This document shows positions 21,669 through 24,000 of a stretch of DNA of 24,000 bases, piece after piece (position 1 is the stretch's first letter; every line of letters begins with the position of its first letter). The position numbers were made by a program, and so were the translations under genes. The notes below the pieces were generated by a model. It saw only the letters and a program-made list of their open reading frames with translations, was not told the DNA's origin and did not search any database. Source of the stretch: Verrucomicrobiota bacterium (GTDB lineage Bacteria; Verrucomicrobiota; Verrucomicrobiia; Chthoniobacterales; SZAS-18); NCBI GenBank assembly GCA_019241085.1, contig JAFAXH010000150.1:7620-31619 (forward strand), given 5' to 3'.

Positions 21669-23570
21669 ATGAGTTTTCTGCCCGGTTTTTCCGCGCCCAC
21701 AGCCGCCTGGCTCGCGCTGCTTTTTGTCCCGCTCATCGTTTTTTATTTTCTCAAACTCCGCCGGCCGCGGCTGGAGATTCCGTCGCTCGTGCTGTGGCGG
21801 CAGGTGCTCAACGATCAGCGCGTCAATTCCCCGTTCCAACGCTTCAAGCGCAACCTGCTGCTGCTCCTGCAACTGCTGTTGCTGCTGCTGCTGGTCCTCG
21901 CCGCAATGCAGCCGTTTTTACACAGCGACGCAGCCGGCGCGCGGGCGCATCGCCGGCTCGTGCTGATCGACTGCTCCGCGAGCATGGCCGCGCGCGGGCC
22001 GAACGATGGACGCACGCGGCTGGACCTCGCCAAAGTCCGGGTTCGCGCGCTCATCGACAACCTGCTGCCCGGTCAGGAACTCGCGCTCGTTTCCTTCACG
22101 AACACCGCGCGCCGCCGCGCCGATTTCACCGCGGACGCGCGGACGTTGCGCGAGGCGCTCGCGGCGTTGGAAGTCGAGGATTTACCGAGCGATTTGGGCG
22201 AGGCGTTGCGGCTCGCGGCTGCCGTCGCGCGGGGTGCGCCGTTCGATTCTGCGCTGCTGATTTCGGACGGCAATTTCCCCGCCGAAGTCGCCGCCGACCT
22301 GGCGTTCCATCTCGATTTCGAGCGCCTGCCGGCGGGCGGCACGAACCTCGGCATCACGGCGCTTTCCGCCCGACGCGCCGCGGCCACGGGCGACCGGGCG
22401 GCGTGGGAAATTTTCGTGCAAGTCGAAGGCTCGCGCGACGCCGATTGGGCCGGCGCGCAGGTGGAACTTCGCAAGGACGGTCAGCCGCTCGCGACCGCAC
22501 CGCTCGTGCGCGCCAATGCCGCGCCAACGCCGGCGGCAACGCCATCGCCGGGTGCCGCACTGATCGCAGCAACCGCCGATGCTGGCGGCAGCGCGCGACA
22601 GGTTTTTCGCGTGGACGCGGAAGGTTCGCCCACTGGCACCACGTTGGAAGTTCGCCTGTTGCTCGCCGGCTTCGACGCACTCGCCGCGGACAATCGGGCG
22701 ACCTTGCGCCTGCCCGTGCCGCGCGTCCTGCGCGTGTTCGTGCCGCCCACGTTGCCGACCTGGCGCCGTGCGCTCGTGGCGCTGGCCGACAACTCGCTCG
22801 ATTTGCGCGCGGCGGGTGGTGGCAGCGGCAGTGGCAACGACGAAGCGGTGCCGCCCGAGACGCCTTTTGACCTCGTGATTACTGACCAGCCCGCCGACCT
22901 CAGCCGCGCGGCCGGCGTGGTTTGCAGCGTCGGTTTCGTGCCGGAAGATTTGCAACGTCTTGTCGAGATTGCGCCGGCCAACGCAACGAACGGTGGAGGG
23001 CCGTCGGTCATTGATTGGCGGCGCGATGCCGACGTGCTGCGGCACGTCGAACTCGGCGACCTCGTGCTGCTTGAAACGCCCGTCGTCCGCGTCGGCGCGA
23101 CCGACGCGGATTTCAACAATCTCGGCTACGAAATCCTCGCCCAAGGCGGGCGCGGCCCGCTCGTGCTCGAGCGCCGCGCCAGCGCGGCAGCCACGAGCAG
23201 CCAGACCACCAGCAGCCGGTTCGTCGCATTGTTATTTAATCCCGACAAATCCACCCTGCCCTATCGCGTCGGTTTCCCGGTGCTTGTCGCCAATCTGCTC
23301 GACCTCGCCACGCGCGCCGCAGGCTTGTCGGAGGTTGAAGCGACGCGCACGGGTCCAGCAGCTAACCGCGTCGGCGACGAAGCGAGTTTGTTGTCGCCCT
23401 TGGAAACCTCGCTCGCCAGCGTCGAAAGCATCCGTTTTAACGAACAGATCACCACGACCGCCGCGCTGGTCCCCCCTCGCCGCGAACGGTCGCTTTGGTT
23501 TCCGCTGGCGCTGGGTGCCTTCGCGTTGCTGATGGTCGAATGGTGGGCGTTTCATGCCCGGCCAGGATGA
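21669..23570 (+). CDS. BatA-like protein: aerotolerance-type N-terminal double-TM domain plus vWA domain, C-terminal TM
   Basis: The ATG at 21669 gives MSFLPGFSAPTAAWLALLFVPLIVFYFLKLRRPRLEIPSLVLWRQV, then a poly-Leu TM2 ending in AAMQP. MIDAS DCSAS at 21969-21983. C-terminal TM LWFPLALGAFALLMVEWWAF. Confidence 0.85.
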   Translation: MSFLPGFSAPTAAWLALLFVPLIVFYFLKLRRPRLEIPSLVLWRQVLNDQRVNSPFQRFKRNLLLLLQLLLLLLLVLAAMQPFLHSDAAGARAHRRLVLIDCSASMAARGPNDGRTRLDLAKVRVRALIDNLLPGQELALVSFTNTARRRADFTADARTLREALAALEVEDLPSDLGEALRLAAAVARGAPFDSALLISDGNFPAEVAADLAFHLDFERLPAGGTNLGITALSARRAAATGDRAAWEIFVQVEGSRDADWAGAQVELRKDGQPLATAPLVRANAAPTPAATPSPGAALIAATADAGGSARQVFRVDAEGSPTGTTLEVRLLLAGFDALAADNRATLRLPVPRVLRVFVPPTLPTWRRALVALADNSLDLRAAGGGSGSGNDEAVPPETPFDLVITDQPADLSRAAGVVCSVGFVPEDLQRLVEIAPANATNGGGPSVIDWRRDADVLRHVELGDLVLLETPVVRVGATDADFNNLGYEILAQGGRGPLVLERRASAAATSSQTTSSRFVALLFNPDKSTLPYRVGFPVLVANLLDLATRAAGLSEVEATRTGPAANRVGDEASLLSPLETSLASVESIRFNEQITTTAALVPPRRERSLWFPLALGAFALLMVEWWAFHARPG

Positions 23571-23607
23571 GGCAAGTGTTGCGTAGATGCCTGCGCGGTC
23601 AATGTCC

Positions 23608-23750
23608 CGGGGTAGGGCGGGCGTCCTTGCCTGCCGCGCCGGGCATCCTTTCGACCGGTGCGTAGAATGCGCAAACGAGGGGTTTTCGCCAAAACGTTTG
23701 TTTGTTCCGCGAGAGGCGGAACACGGCAGGCGAGACGCCCGCCTTACCCG
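23608..23750. repeat. 143-bp imperfect palindromic intergenic element (second, unrelated family)
   Basis: The left arm cggggtagggcgggcgtccttgcctgccg (23608-23636) matches the reverse complement of the right arm cggcaggcgagacgcccgccttacccg (23724-23750), apart from one base substitution and two single-base gaps. The centre contains nested small hairpins. Confidence 0.65.
23672..23706 (+). terminator. Candidate weak intrinsic terminator inside the palindromic element
   Basis: caaacg (23672-23677) pairs with cgtttg (23695-23700). An inner tttt/aaaa stem surrounds a cgcc loop. The hairpin is followed by tttgtt and lies about 100 nt after the batA-like stop. The stem is short and AU-rich, so this is tentative. 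Confidence 0.3.
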
Positions 23751-23847
23751 AATCCGCATGCACCTTGCAATTCAAACTAGACCGCTGCGGTCGCCGGAAG
23801 TCACTGGCGCGCGGCGTTTCTGTTCAGTATCTCTGTTGCCTGAATTG

Positions 23848-24000
23848 ATGACTCCCCCGCTCGGCTCTTCTTCGTTTGATCGTTGCTCTCCCTTCCGCAC
23901 GCCTCCGCGCTGGCTGTGCAGCCGGGGCGTGGTGTTTCTGCTCGCGTCGCTTTCGTTCGCTTGTTTGCTCGGGCAATTTTACGGGCTTTGGTCGATGCGC
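23848..24000 (+). CDS. Possible 5' end of a membrane protein gene (open to window end)
   Basis: ATG at 23848: MTPPLGSSSFDRCSPFRTPPRWLCSRGVVFLLASLSFACLLGQFYGLWSMR, with one hydrophobic segment. Only 51 codons are visible and there are no motifs. Confidence 0.3.
   Translation, partial: MTPPLGSSSFDRCSPFRTPPRWLCSRGVVFLLASLSFACLLGQFYGLWSMR

Noticed and set aside
20645-21736. 363-aa minus-strand ORF antisense to DUF58
   Set aside because: It has no motifs and is antisense to a gene with the hallmark DUF58 core sequence.
21846-21900. CTG/TTG-rich run (ctgctgctgctcctgcaactgctgttgctgctgctgctggtcctc) as a possible microsatellite or contingency locus
   Set aside because: It encodes the poly-leucine second TM helix (LLLLLQLLLLLLLVL) expected in BatA-type N-termini. 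The repeat is imperfect and in frame.
23232-23759. 175-aa minus-strand ORF crossing the batA-like 3' end and the second palindromic element
   Set aside because: It runs antisense through a supported gene and through both arms of the repeat (ARQARTPALP-type translation). It has no motifs.
1-24000. Search for CRISPR arrays, rRNA, prophage, integrase, toxin-antitoxin or known defence genes
   Set aside because: I found no regularly spaced direct repeats, no rRNA-like sequence, and no integrase, terminase, nuclease or toxin motifs in any frame I inspected. The window is mostly housekeeping and envelope genes.

Overview
This is a high-GC bacterial chromosomal window. Hand counts of sample 60-nt lines give about 68% GC in coding regions and 43-50% in two short patches. 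Gene content and the twin-arginine/lipobox signal peptides suggest a PVC-type organism (Verrucomicrobiota or Planctomycetota); that placement is inference only.

Layout:
- Minus strand, 1-2009: the 5' part of a DEAD-box RNA helicase, preceded by glpX (class II fructose-1,6-bisphosphatase).
- Plus strand, 2368-4700: a DUF1905/YdeI-like protein and a Tat-exported GH39-like glycoside hydrolase.
- 4701-6459: a small AT-richer accessory patch with a frameshifted IS5-family transposase relic, a minus-strand EamA/DMT transporter, two unexplained hairpins (one a 17-bp perfect inverted repeat), and then tRNA-Ser(CGA).
- 6660-23570: 13 co-directional plus-strand genes with very short or overlapping junctions. 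In order: a membrane-anchored coiled-coil protein; an ABC system (binding protein, two-domain permease, ATPase); a Tat-lipoprotein NHL beta-propeller; split pqiA, pqiB and pqiC (MCE trans-envelope system); a 998-aa BatA_N/vWA/GATase1-like/vWA protein; a MoxR AAA+ ATPase; DUF58; and a BatA-like vWA protein.
- Two different long imperfect palindromic intergenic elements bracket the moxR-DUF58-batA trio.

I found no CRISPR array, rRNA, prophage, toxin-antitoxin pair or recognisable defence system. I cannot demonstrate a wholly new system from sequence alone. The best candidate for unexplored biology is the interleaving of the functionally orphan MoxR/DUF58/vWA/coiled-coil module with the ABC, NHL and Pqi envelope genes. 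The many long antisense or off-frame ORFs in the supplied track are high-GC shadow ORFs.
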